Below, in pieces: positions 49,280-58,241 of a stretch of DNA of 64,000 bases (positions are counted from its first letter, which is position 1; each line of letters starts with the position of its first letter). This DNA is from Christensenellales bacterium (GTDB lineage: Bacteria > Bacillota > Clostridia > Christensenellales > CAG-138): positions 1,411,679 through 1,475,678 of the forward strand of contig JAXGNN010000001.1 of assembly GCA_040767925.1 (NCBI GenBank). Direction: 5' to 3'. Below the pieces are notes generated by a model. That model did not search any database. It saw only the letters and a list, made by a program, of their open reading frames with translations, and was not told where the DNA came from. The translations under genes and the position numbers were made by a program.

Positions 49280-50206
49280 TCACACGCTGCCCCGCGCCGT
49301 GTAGTACGCGTCGCTCAGATAGCATTTGGAGAAACGCGCCGCGGTTTTGTTGCCCTTGCAGACGGCGAGGGTCAGGTCGATCGTGTACCACCGGTCGGTT
49401 TTGGAATCGTACACGCTGTTCCACGCGTGGTAGCCGTTTATTTTGGTGCTGTAGCCCTTGACCAGCTTGCACGGGATGCCCTGCGCGCGGCACATCGCCG
49501 CGAAGAGCGAGGCGAAGTCGTAGCAGACGCCCTTCTTGTTGGACAGGATGCTCGCGGGGTTCGGCGTGTAGCTCGTGATCTGGCCCGAGATGACCTTGTT
49601 GGCGAAGTCGTAATCGTATTTGAAGTTCTTGGCGACGTAGTTGTAGAGGGCGAGTATCTTCGCCTGGTCGCTCCGAAGGTCCTTGCACAGGGAGGCCGCC
49701 TTTTTGGAGACGGAGTCGTTCGCGCTGAAGGAAATCTCCCCGACGCTGCGCAGGTACTGCGGATACGCCGCCCCGGCCGCGCCCGCGGCCGGGCCCGCCG
49801 GCGTCGCGGGGCCGATCATCGCCGTGAAGGACGCCTGCGCGACGGTTACATAGCTGCCGCCCGCCTTCTTGAACAGCGCCGCCGTATATGAGCCGCTGCC
49901 CCCGGAAAGCTCGAGCGTGAGGGTTTTGCCCATGGTGTAGCTGTAGTAGGACCAGCTCCCGCCGTTGAAGCAGATTCCCGCGCGCATCGCGGCGGACGTG
50001 CCGTCGCTGTACCGGAGGGTGATGTATCCCTGGGAGGCCGTCGCGTAGTCGATGTAGTTTCCGCCGCTGCCGCTTCCGCTCCCGGCTCCCGAAGCTTCCC
50101 CGCCCGAGACCGTGAGGTTCGCGGCCAGCGCGCCCTGCGGCGCGGCGAGCGAGAGCGTGAGGACGAGCGCGAGCAGCAGCGCGCTTCTTTTGATGAGTTT
50201 TTTCAC
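49280..50206 (-). CDS. Secreted transglutaminase-like (Cys-His-Asp) domain protein
   Basis: GTG start after GGAGAAAGG, signal peptide (..ALA-A), GVCYDFASLFAAMCRAQGIP, HAWN, IDLT. Confidence 0.88.
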   Translation of the reverse strand: MKKLIKRSALLLALVLTLSLAAPQGALAANLTVSGGEASGAGSGSGSGGNYIDYATASQGYITLRYSDGTSAAMRAGICFNGGSWSYYSYTMGKTLTLELSGGSGSYTAALFKKAGGSYVTVAQASFTAMIGPATPAGPAAGAAGAAYPQYLRSVGEISFSANDSVSKKAASLCKDLRSDQAKILALYNYVAKNFKYDYDFANKVISGQITSYTPNPASILSNKKGVCYDFASLFAAMCRAQGIPCKLVKGYSTKINGYHAWNSVYDSKTDRWYTIDLTLAVCKGNKTAARFSKCYLSDAYYTARGSV

Positions 50207-50228
50207 AGGGTAAATTCCTTTCTCCAAA

Positions 50229-50312
50229 TTCGGCAGCTGGCTGTCCTGCGCCCTAAGGCGTTTAGACCCTGTAGCTTTGCGGCGCCGCCTTTCGGCGGCT
50301 GTGCCCTTTCGT
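50229..50312 (-). ncRNA. c-di-GMP-I (GEMM) riboswitch, proximal copy
   Basis: GGGCACAGCCGCC-GAAA-GGCGGCGCCGCAAAGCTACAGGGTCTAAACG...GACAGCCAGCTGCC. Confidence 0.9.
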
Positions 50313-50376
50313 CCGGGGAAATCCCCCGCGCTGTCCGGAACCTTCCTTAATTTTGAGATAACAAAAAGGACCTCGT

Positions 50377-50461
50377 TTCGGCAACTGGCTGTCCTGCGCA
50401 CTAAGGCGTTTAGACCCTGTAGCTTTGCGACGCCGCCTTTCGGCGGGTGTGCCGGTTCGTC
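50377..50461 (-). ncRNA. c-di-GMP-I (GEMM) riboswitch, distal copy
   Basis: CCGGCACACCCGCC-GAAA-GGCGGCGTCGCAAAGCTACAGGGTCTAAACG...GACAGCCAGTTGCC. Confidence 0.9.
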
Positions 50462-50495
50462 GGGCTTCTCCGAACGGTTCGTTTATTCCAATCAC

Positions 50496-50525
50496 ATTAT
50501 AGTTACATTCTCCATTATTTGTCAA
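50496..50525 (-). promoter_or_regulatory. Sigma-A promoter for the riboswitch-transglutaminase transcript
   Basis: TTGACA-N18-TATAAT on the minus strand. Confidence 0.7.
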
Positions 50526-50633
50526 CATATATTATGTAATATTATAGGAAATGTGTGGAAAAACGGCGATAAGTTTAAAAAAAACGCGCCGGTTTTAAAA
50601 AAGCCGAAAAAAAATCCGTTCGGGGGGTATTTT

Positions 50634-50666
50634 TGTAACTGCGGTGTAACTCGGCCTTGTTATAAT
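50634..50666 (+). promoter_or_regulatory. TGTAAC-N5-TGTAAC direct repeat (WalR/OmpR-type box) plus extended -10
   Basis: TGTAAC TGCGG TGTAAC-N10-TATAAT; same layout at 54494-54526. Confidence 0.65.
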
Positions 50667-50749
50667 CTGAGCATAAAGTACGGGAAAAATGGTTTAACGC
50701 GTAAAACAAGAACCAAAGACATGTGCAAATCTAGCAAGGGGGATAGAAT

Positions 50750-53700
50750 ATGAACACCAGGAGCTTTTCTACGAAACTGCTCGCGCTCGTCATCGCCTTT
50801 TTAATGGTGATGTCGGTTGCGAGTGTTGCGTTTGCGGAGCGGTCAGAGACCACCACGGACGTTCGATATTTTCTTACGGATGACGCTTACGACGACGGGG
50901 ACGGGAGCCCATACGGTTCTGCCCAGATCCAGTTGGCGGACGAGGGAACCAGCATAACGCGTACGATAACCATGCCCGCCGCGCCCACGAGAAGCGGGTA
51001 TGCGTTTAACGGCTTCCATGTTTATATGAATGGAAGCCGGCAGCACAGCAACGTGCCGGCGGGAGCCAGCGTAAGCGTTACGATCACAAGAAGGTACACC
51101 AGCAGCGATTGGCGCTATGTCGATGCCGTCGCCCAATGGACGCAACTGCCTGCCGTGGACACCACGGCTTCGGTCAGCTTCTACAACAACGGCACGTCGT
51201 CCTCCCCGTATACCACCGGCGGCGGCACGTCGTCCGTCACCCCCGGCACCGGCACGAGCGCGACGGTGAGCGTCACGATGAAATCGGCACCTAGCCGCAG
51301 CGGGTATACGTTCAGGGGATTCAACGTGTATCTCGGCAGCAAGACGGGCACGCAAGTCGCGGCTCTCGTGGCCGCCGGCGCAACCATTCAGGTGACGCTG
51401 ACCAGGAGCAGCACGAGCGTCAATTGGCCGGACATTTTTGTGGTCGGCCAGTGGCTCTACAACAGCTACGATCATATCGATATCCGCATCAACGGAAACT
51501 TCAGCGTGACTGTCGGCGGAAGTCAGATGAACATCCGCGGCGAGGTGCAGACGCCGATTTCGGTCACGCATCCCGGCGGGACGATCAGCATCTCCGGCTC
51601 GGCGAGCAGCACGAGCGGCGAGTATGAATACAGAAGGACGAATTATAACATTTCCAATTCTTATTCGCCCTCCCAGTTCAAGATCACCGCGACCGTCGTT
51701 CTGAACGCTGCGGACCTCGCCGCCGTATGTACGGCTGCGGGCATCACGCTCGAGCAGCTCGTCGCGGCGAATACCAACCTCACGCTCACTTCCTCGCGGT
51801 ATGTGCTGAGCGTGCAGAATTATATCCCCACCGCCAACGTCTGCACGGGCGGCCAGGGCGCGGGCGGCACCGCGACTGGCTACGACTTCGAGATCAGCTC
51901 GACCGACGTGCTCAACGTTCTCACGCATGATGTGATCTTCCATACCGTGCTTGACGGCGAAGGCAAGGGCGGCAAGCTTGCCAAGGCGGGCGACCCCTTT
52001 GTTGGTTATGAGAATGTCGAATACCTACATAACCTCCCCTCCGTCGCCTTCCCCGCGCGTCCCTCGACGAGCGCGGATGCGGGCTACACCTTCCGCGGGT
52101 GGTCTTCCTCGGAGACCGTATTTACCCCGGTAACCACGTGGCCTTCGACGATCAATCAGGACTACCACTTCTATGCGTGGTGGACGAAGAACACTTCGGC
52201 CGTCACACACTATACCGTCAACTACAGCGTGACGAACACGTTCGGCGCGACGCTCGGCACGTTTGACGCCCAGCAAACGGGAAGCGCTCCGCTAAACGCG
52301 CAGAACCTGCCCAGCGTACCTGCGGGTTACACGATCACCGGATGGACGGTCGGCAGCTCGAACTACGCGGGCGGCGCGGCGCTGCCTTGGGGCACGGAGC
52401 CCGACAGCAGCGAGGAGAAGCTCGAGGGTGGGGTGTATGTGACCCATAGCTACTACACGCTCAGCGCGAGCGCAGTGGTGGCGAAGAACGGCTCCGTCAC
52501 CACCTATGTCTTCAACGTGGATTACTATGTTGACGGCGTCAAGAGCGGCGCTACGGACACCCAGGCCTTGACCAGCAACAATCCCACGCTGGAACTTCGC
52601 GGCAATCCCACCGTCGATTCCGGCCGTGAATTCCTCGGATGGGATGCAACGACCCTGGACTGGGCGAACCCCGACGCGACCGGGTCTGCAGGCCCGTTCG
52701 TGAACGCCCAGGGACTGTGGGAGACCCGCATCACAAAGAATCTGCGCATCGACGGCGAAACCGCGCGGATTGAAGAAGTAAACGTCTACACGCTGACCTT
52801 CGAAAAAGGTTCCTATGCGGCTGCTTCCGTGCCCGGTCCGATAACGCTGACCGGCGCCGAACCGGCGGTTGGAACCAACGTGGCGACGCTTGCGGATTAT
52901 CACTTCACCGGCTGGACGCCGAGCACCCTCGTTTATGAAAAAGTGGGCGCGCCCGCGCGTGTCGTTTCCGGCACAACCGGGAACAAAGTTGTGACCTATA
53001 CCCAGCAGTGGGCCGAGTCGGTTACGCCGCTGTTTATCCCCGTCGAGAACAGGTACCTGTTCAACGTGACCTATACGGTGGACGGCACTGATCAGCTTGA
53101 TCTGAAACAGGAGAACGTATCGGGCAGCAGCGCCAACGACGGTCCGGCGATCGCGGCGAAGCTCGCAAACACTGCGAGCGCGATCTTCTTCGGATGGTAT
53201 AAGGACAGCGCTTTGGTCAGCAGCATCGACTGGAGCGCGGTGACCGGCAGCACCGACAGCGGCGCGCTGATCGACGGCAAGTGGGTGATCACCACCACCA
53301 AGAGCGTGGCGCTCACGGGCAGCTTCTCCACAATCCGGTACGCGAACGTCTACAAGTACAATCTCTCCTTCGTGAGCCCCATCCCCGGCGCGACGCTGCC
53401 CTTCAGCATCGTCAGAGCGGATGCCGCGCCCGGCATCCCCGGAGCGGGCAGCGTAACCGCGCCTTCGGGCTACCGGTTCACGGGGTGGAACCCGTCGACC
53501 ATCGACTGGGGCACCGCGGTGCTGTACGATACGGTCACCTCGGAAGACGGAACGCTGGTCACCTCCTATTATGAGTACACGGCGATCCTGACCGCCCAGT
53601 TCGTCCAGACCGACACCGCGTCGGTGTACACGCTGCACTATGACATCACCCCCGCGGTCGACGGCCAGCCCGAAGATCCGGCGGATCAGACCGGCAGCGC

Positions 53701-54316
53701 GGAGATTATCCCGAACGCCGTCGTCTCCCTCGAGAACTACAACTTCTCCGGCTGGACGCTCGCGGGCCAAGGCTGGGTGAAGGTCAACGAGGCGACCAAC
53801 ACGGTCGACGGCATTGAGGTCACGACTTCCTACTACGAAGCCACGGCGGTCGGCTATTTCACCCAGATGCAGATCAACGAGACGACGCTCTACAGCCTCA
53901 TCTACGAGGGCTATGTCAGCGGCTGCATCTTCTGGCCGGACAACGTGATCGGATCCGGGACGCAGCCCACCCTCGCGGGCGCGCCTTACCTCTCCGGCTA
54001 CCTCTTCACGGGCTGGACTCCCGGCACGCTGGATTGGAGCAAGGGCACCGTAACCGTGGTCGATGTGGTCATCACTCCCGAGGAGGGTGCGCCCTACATC
54101 CAGAGGACCATCACCAACACGATCACTGTCCGAGGCAGCTTCGTACCGGAGAACGTGCCCATCCCGACCCCGACCCCCGAGATCCCGCTGGGTTCCCCCT
54201 CGACGGGCGGGAACGACCTTGCCGGCTTTGCGGCGGTGCTCGCGGCCCTCGGCGCGGTGATCGGAACCGCTGCGGCAGGCCTGAAGCGCAGGAGCCGCCG
54301 GCAGGAGGAAGAATAA
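50750..54316 (+). CDS. Large sortase-anchored surface protein with InlB B-repeat/Flg_new-like repeats
   Basis: Signal peptide (AFA-E), many P...GY.F.GW repeats, SPSTG + TM + basic tail KRRSRR. Confidence 0.88.
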   Translation: MNTRSFSTKLLALVIAFLMVMSVASVAFAERSETTTDVRYFLTDDAYDDGDGSPYGSAQIQLADEGTSITRTITMPAAPTRSGYAFNGFHVYMNGSRQHSNVPAGASVSVTITRRYTSSDWRYVDAVAQWTQLPAVDTTASVSFYNNGTSSSPYTTGGGTSSVTPGTGTSATVSVTMKSAPSRSGYTFRGFNVYLGSKTGTQVAALVAAGATIQVTLTRSSTSVNWPDIFVVGQWLYNSYDHIDIRINGNFSVTVGGSQMNIRGEVQTPISVTHPGGTISISGSASSTSGEYEYRRTNYNISNSYSPSQFKITATVVLNAADLAAVCTAAGITLEQLVAANTNLTLTSSRYVLSVQNYIPTANVCTGGQGAGGTATGYDFEISSTDVLNVLTHDVIFHTVLDGEGKGGKLAKAGDPFVGYENVEYLHNLPSVAFPARPSTSADAGYTFRGWSSSETVFTPVTTWPSTINQDYHFYAWWTKNTSAVTHYTVNYSVTNTFGATLGTFDAQQTGSAPLNAQNLPSVPAGYTITGWTVGSSNYAGGAALPWGTEPDSSEEKLEGGVYVTHSYYTLSASAVVAKNGSVTTYVFNVDYYVDGVKSGATDTQALTSNNPTLELRGNPTVDSGREFLGWDATTLDWANPDATGSAGPFVNAQGLWETRITKNLRIDGETARIEEVNVYTLTFEKGSYAAASVPGPITLTGAEPAVGTNVATLADYHFTGWTPSTLVYEKVGAPARVVSGTTGNKVVTYTQQWAESVTPLFIPVENRYLFNVTYTVDGTDQLDLKQENVSGSSANDGPAIAAKLANTASAIFFGWYKDSALVSSIDWSAVTGSTDSGALIDGKWVITTTKSVALTGSFSTIRYANVYKYNLSFVSPIPGATLPFSIVRADAAPGIPGAGSVTAPSGYRFTGWNPSTIDWGTAVLYDTVTSEDGTLVTSYYEYTAILTAQFVQTDTASVYTLHYDITPAVDGQPEDPADQTGSAEIIPNAVVSLENYNFSGWTLAGQGWVKVNEATNTVDGIEVTTSYYEATAVGYFTQMQINETTLYSLIYEGYVSGCIFWPDNVIGSGTQPTLAGAPYLSGYLFTGWTPGTLDWSKGTVTVVDVVITPEEGAPYIQRTITNTITVRGSFVPENVPIPTPTPEIPLGSPSTGGNDLAGFAAVLAALGAVIGTAAAGLKRRSRRQEEE

Positions 54317-54343
54317 ACTTCTAAAAGCAACTCAACAGCAGAT

Positions 54344-54374
54344 GGGAGCGGCCGAAAGGTCGCTCCCCCTTTTT
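54344..54374 (+). terminator. Intrinsic terminator
   Basis: GGGAGCGGCC-GAAA-GGTCGCTCCC-CCTTTTT. Confidence 0.85.
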
Positions 54375-54493
54375 CCGCGAAGGAATGCACTGCCGCGCAA
54401 CAAAACAAGGTCACCACCCGGAAGAAAGCCGCATGCGGCGGCCTTCCCTGAAAATATTACGTTTGGAATAAAAAAGCGAAAAATAAGCCGTTT

Positions 54494-54526
54494 TGTAACC
54501 GTCGCGTAACTGCCAGCTGCTATACT
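54494..54526 (+). promoter_or_regulatory. TGTAAC-N5-CGTAAC direct repeat plus extended -10
   Basis: TGTAAC CGTCG CGTAAC-N10-TATACT, same spacing as 50634-50666. Confidence 0.6.
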
Positions 54527-54637
54527 TGCGCTGTAGCGTTTGAAAACGATTGATACGAACTTTTCTCAACTGCCTTTCCCGGCCGACCTGACAGGCGCAT
54601 GCCTGAAGACAGAAAACACAAAAGGGGGAACAGAATT

Positions 54638-55960
54638 ATGAGATCGAGGAGCATCATTACCAAGATTGCCGCGCTTGCCGTCATCTTTATCCTGATGATG
54701 TCCATAGCGGGGGTGGCGCTTGCCGCCGGTACGCAGTCGACCGTACATTACCTGCTGGACGGCGGGACCCTGGCGGGCGACGACAGCCAGGATATCGCCG
54801 TGGAAAACATCAAGACTGCCGCTCCGTTTACGCAATCGGGTACGATCACGTTCACGCTGCCCGGCTCCGGCTCCGTGACGAAGCACGGCTTCGCCCTTTC
54901 GGGATGGCTGATCGGCGATGAGGTTTACCCGGCCGGCACGACCGTCACGATCACCGTATACAGGATCTGGGCGCTCCAGTGGACCGACTGGAACGACGTC
55001 CTCGCGCTCGCGGTGTGGCTGCCCGCTTCAAGCAGCTATAAGTACAGCCTCTCCTTCTCGAGCGCCGTCCCCGGCGCGACGCTTCCCGCCGACATCGTCC
55101 GGGCCGATTCCGCGCCCGGCATCCCGGATGCGGCGGACGTGAGCGCGCCCGAGAACTATCTATTTAGCGGCTGGGGAGTCGAGAGCATCGACTGGGGTTC
55201 GCCGGTCTGGTACGAAACCGCAATCGCGCCGGACTACCGCTCCGCCACCTTATACTATGAGTACAGCGCGACGCTGGTTGCGCAGTTCTTGCCGATCCAG
55301 AGCAGGGCGGTCTATACGCTGCACTACGATATCCTAGACGAGTCCGACGATCCCGCCTCCGAGGGGCCGAGCGACAGCCCGATCATCCCGAGCGCTTCCG
55401 TATTTTGCCCCGACGACTGCTATTTTTCCGGCTGGAGCCTGAGAGAGCCCGGCTGGGAAAAGGTCGATGAAAAGAATGAAACCATCGAGGGCGTTGTGGT
55501 TGTCACCTCCTACTATGAGGCCACGGCCGAAGGCTTTTTCTCCGACATACCGGTCGAGACGAGGGCGCTCTACAACCTTCGCTATGTGGGCTATTATGCC
55601 GACGGCGCGCTCTTCTGGCCCGATGACGTGGTTGATTCCGGAACGCAGCCTGCGCTCGCGGGCACACCTTATCGCGAGGGATACGTCTTTAGCGGCTGGA
55701 AGCCCGGCACGCTCGACTGGTCCAAGGCCGTCGTCCAGGTAAGCTCCGAGACGATCGGGGAAGGGAGCCAGGCTTACATCCTTCTCACCACGCGTTATAC
55801 GATCACGGTCGAGGGGAGCTTCTCGCCGGAGGGTGAGCTTCCGGTCGGAGCGCCCCAGACGGGCGGGGAAAGCCTTGCCGGCTTCGCGGCTGCGCTCGCG
55901 CTTCTCGGCGCGGCGGCAGCGGCCTGCGCGGCCTTCAGGCGCAGGACGACCGGCAGGTAA
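54638..55960 (+). CDS. Sortase-anchored surface protein, short paralog of 50750..54316
   Basis: Signal peptide, four repeats, APQTG + TM + RRR; C-terminal three repeats align by eye with the upstream protein. Confidence 0.88.
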   Translation: MRSRSIITKIAALAVIFILMMSIAGVALAAGTQSTVHYLLDGGTLAGDDSQDIAVENIKTAAPFTQSGTITFTLPGSGSVTKHGFALSGWLIGDEVYPAGTTVTITVYRIWALQWTDWNDVLALAVWLPASSSYKYSLSFSSAVPGATLPADIVRADSAPGIPDAADVSAPENYLFSGWGVESIDWGSPVWYETAIAPDYRSATLYYEYSATLVAQFLPIQSRAVYTLHYDILDESDDPASEGPSDSPIIPSASVFCPDDCYFSGWSLREPGWEKVDEKNETIEGVVVVTSYYEATAEGFFSDIPVETRALYNLRYVGYYADGALFWPDDVVDSGTQPALAGTPYREGYVFSGWKPGTLDWSKAVVQVSSETIGEGSQAYILLTTRYTITVEGSFSPEGELPVGAPQTGGESLAGFAAALALLGAAAAACAAFRRRTTGR

Positions 55961-55980
55961 ACATCGTGAAACAGCAACGC

Positions 55981-56009
55981 GGGAGCGGCCGAAAGGCCGC
56001 TCCCTTTTT
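55981..56009 (+). terminator. Intrinsic terminator (near-duplicate of 54344-54374)
   Basis: GGGAGCGGCC-GAAA-GGCCGCTCCC-TTTTT. Confidence 0.85.
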
Positions 56010-56210
56010 ATCCGGATTTGCTCCCAGCCTGCCGCGTGTGCCGCAAAAAAACTAGTTCTGTCGAATCCTAACATATTATTAAAAAGCCGTAATAATTTTA
56101 ATAGCATGAGAAATACTCAATGCTGTGATGTGGCTGTTTGGAAACCGACGGCGGCGTCACCCGCCGGGGAATGCCCGGCGAACACGCGTGAACTGAAAGG
56201 AGTTAGGAAA

Positions 56211-57290
56211 ATGAAGAAACTGTTTGCACTCGTCATGGTATGCGCGATGGCGCTCGCCCTCGCGGCGCCGACTCTGGCTGCCACCGGCTGGGATAAACCC
56301 CAGACGACGCCGCCGAACTACGGCGATTTCGCGATGACCGCCGAGAAGTATGAGTGGTATTCCGCCACGGTGGGCGGATACGGCGCCAACGGCATCTACT
56401 TCCCCGTCTGGAACGACAGCAGGGGCGTCGTGCAGGATACCCTCGGCCGCGTTTACTTCACGGCGACCCTCCCCACCGCTGCCGACGCCGCGGCGCTCTA
56501 TCCGGGCGTCAGCTTCCAGAACCTCACCATCAACATCAAGATCACCAACGTGAAAGCCGTCCGCGAGGTGGACCTCGAAACCAGCCCCGTCGTGTATGAT
56601 CCCATGCTCGGCACGAGCGGCGTCGACAACAAGAACGTGTTCACCGACTCGAAGTCCGTCGCGCTCGGCGCGTCCGCGCAGACCCTGAAGTACATGTTCG
56701 TGTTCCGCGCAGCCAGCGCGGGCGACATCGTCGCCTCCATCAACATCTCCGCCGGCGCGACCGCTCTGCCCACGACCTTCCTTTATAAGGGCTATCAGGT
56801 GACGGCCGGCGCGGACGCGTCCACGCTCGGCGACTGGGCGTTCAGCTACAGCGGCGGCGCGATCGTATTCGACACCGACGGAGCGGATAAGATCCAGCGC
56901 GTCTTCCTCTACAACGGCGCGAACTATTATCAGGTTTTCCTTGATCTGAACAACAACATCGCTTTCAAGGACGGCCTCGCCTCCACCCAGTACGGAGATC
57001 CGGGCTACGCCGCGCTCAAAACGCTCTTCGACTTCTTCATGGGTGCGCTCGGCTTCGCCTGGGACGGCAGCACGAAGTACATGAACGCGAAGCTCATCAT
57101 CGACAACCTGATCAAGAGCGCCTCCGGCACCGTCTCCACCGTTCTGCCGGGCGGCTATCAGTCGATCGTGCAGCCCGGCCCGGTCCAGCCTCCGCAGACC
57201 GGCGACGCTTCCACCGTGATCGGCTTCGCGATGATCGCGATCGCCTTCATCGCAGCCGCCGCCGCGACCGTCAGGAAGGTCCGCGCGTAA
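56211..57290 (+). CDS. Sortase-anchored secreted protein of unknown function
   Basis: AAAGGAG RBS, signal peptide (TLA-A), PPQTG + TM + RKVRA. Confidence 0.88.
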   Translation: MKKLFALVMVCAMALALAAPTLAATGWDKPQTTPPNYGDFAMTAEKYEWYSATVGGYGANGIYFPVWNDSRGVVQDTLGRVYFTATLPTAADAAALYPGVSFQNLTINIKITNVKAVREVDLETSPVVYDPMLGTSGVDNKNVFTDSKSVALGASAQTLKYMFVFRAASAGDIVASINISAGATALPTTFLYKGYQVTAGADASTLGDWAFSYSGGAIVFDTDGADKIQRVFLYNGANYYQVFLDLNNNIAFKDGLASTQYGDPGYAALKTLFDFFMGALGFAWDGSTKYMNAKLIIDNLIKSASGTVSTVLPGGYQSIVQPGPVQPPQTGDASTVIGFAMIAIAFIAAAAATVRKVRA

Positions 57291-57312
57291 TCGATTTTAC
57301 CGATCCTGATCG

Positions 57313-57353
57313 GCGCGAACGGCCCTCGTGGAAGCGAGGGCCGTTCGCGCTTT
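57313..57353 (+). terminator. Terminator hairpin
   Basis: GCGCGAACGGCCCTCG-TGGAAG-CGAGGGCCGTTCGCGC-TTT. Confidence 0.75.
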
Positions 57354-57419
57354 CCCGGATGGACGTCTTCCTCCGTTCGATGGTATACTCAGAAAAAAGA
57401 AGATTCCGGAGGGAACGTT

Positions 57420-58241
57420 ATGGCGTATGCGTATGAGGATTATGTCCGCGCGGCGGAAGCCGTCCGCGCCAGGACGGATGTGGAGCCGGAGTTTCTCCTG
57501 ATACTCGGCTCGGGACTCGGCTTCATCGGAGAGCTTGTAAAGGACGCAACGGTCGTCCCGTATGCGGACATCCCGGGCTTCAAGGCATCGACCGCGCCGG
57601 GCCACAAGGGGATGCTCGTGCTCGGCGCGCTTTGCGGAAAGCGGGTCATGATCATGCAGGGGCGCATGCACCGTTACGAGGGCTATGAGCCCGCGGAGAT
57701 CGGCTTCCCGGTGCGCGTGGCGAGGCTGCTTGGCGCGAGTTCCATGCTCGTCACCAACGCCGCGGGCATACTCAACACGGAGTTCAACATCGGCGAGTTG
57801 ATGCTCCTTTCGGATTTCCTCAATTTCTCGCAGGCAAGCCCGCTCGCGGGGCCCAACATCCCCGAGTTCGGCGTGCGCTTCCCCGACGTGGGGAACGTTT
57901 TCGACAAAAGTTACCGCGCGCTCGCGAAGGAAGCGGCGGCGGCGCTCGACCTTACCCTGCGCGAAGGCGTCTACTGCCACGCGCTCGGCCCGCAATACGA
58001 ATCCCACGCGGAAATCCGCGCCTTTCGCATGCTCGGCGGGGACGCGGTGGGCATGTCCACCGTGCCCGAGAGCATCACGGCCGCGCACTGCGGCATGAGG
58101 ACGCTCGGCATATCCCTTCTTTGCAACTACGCCGCGGGCATCACGGAAAACCCCGTCACCGAGGAGGAGGTGCTCGAGGCCGCGGAGCGCGCCAAACCCT
58201 ATTTCTCGGCGCTCGTCATGGAATTTTTAAAGCTGGCGTAA
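57420..58241 (+). CDS. punA: Purine nucleoside phosphorylase (trimeric type)
   Basis: ILGSGLG, GRMHRYEGY, TNAAG, GPQYE, DAVGMSTVPE. Confidence 0.92.
   Translation: MAYAYEDYVRAAEAVRARTDVEPEFLLILGSGLGFIGELVKDATVVPYADIPGFKASTAPGHKGMLVLGALCGKRVMIMQGRMHRYEGYEPAEIGFPVRVARLLGASSMLVTNAAGILNTEFNIGELMLLSDFLNFSQASPLAGPNIPEFGVRFPDVGNVFDKSYRALAKEAAAALDLTLREGVYCHALGPQYESHAEIRAFRMLGGDAVGMSTVPESITAAHCGMRTLGISLLCNYAAGITENPVTEEEVLEAAERAKPYFSALVMEFLKLA

Noticed and set aside
50207..50401. N-terminal extension of ORF 49280..50401 with a repeated AERRRRKATGSKRL peptide (also in 50262..50528)
   Set aside because: It is the translated riboswitch duplication; the real start is GTG 50206 with RBS and signal peptide
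50229..50461. Possible 3',3'-cGAMP-sensing (GEMM-Ib) variant
   Set aside because: Both aptamers read GGCAC at the junction, so the specificity position appears to be G as in c-di-GMP binders; judged by eye only
54530..54637. c-di-GMP-II riboswitch in the surface-protein leader, by analogy with C. difficile adhesins
   Set aside because: No recognisable c-di-GMP-II core sequence
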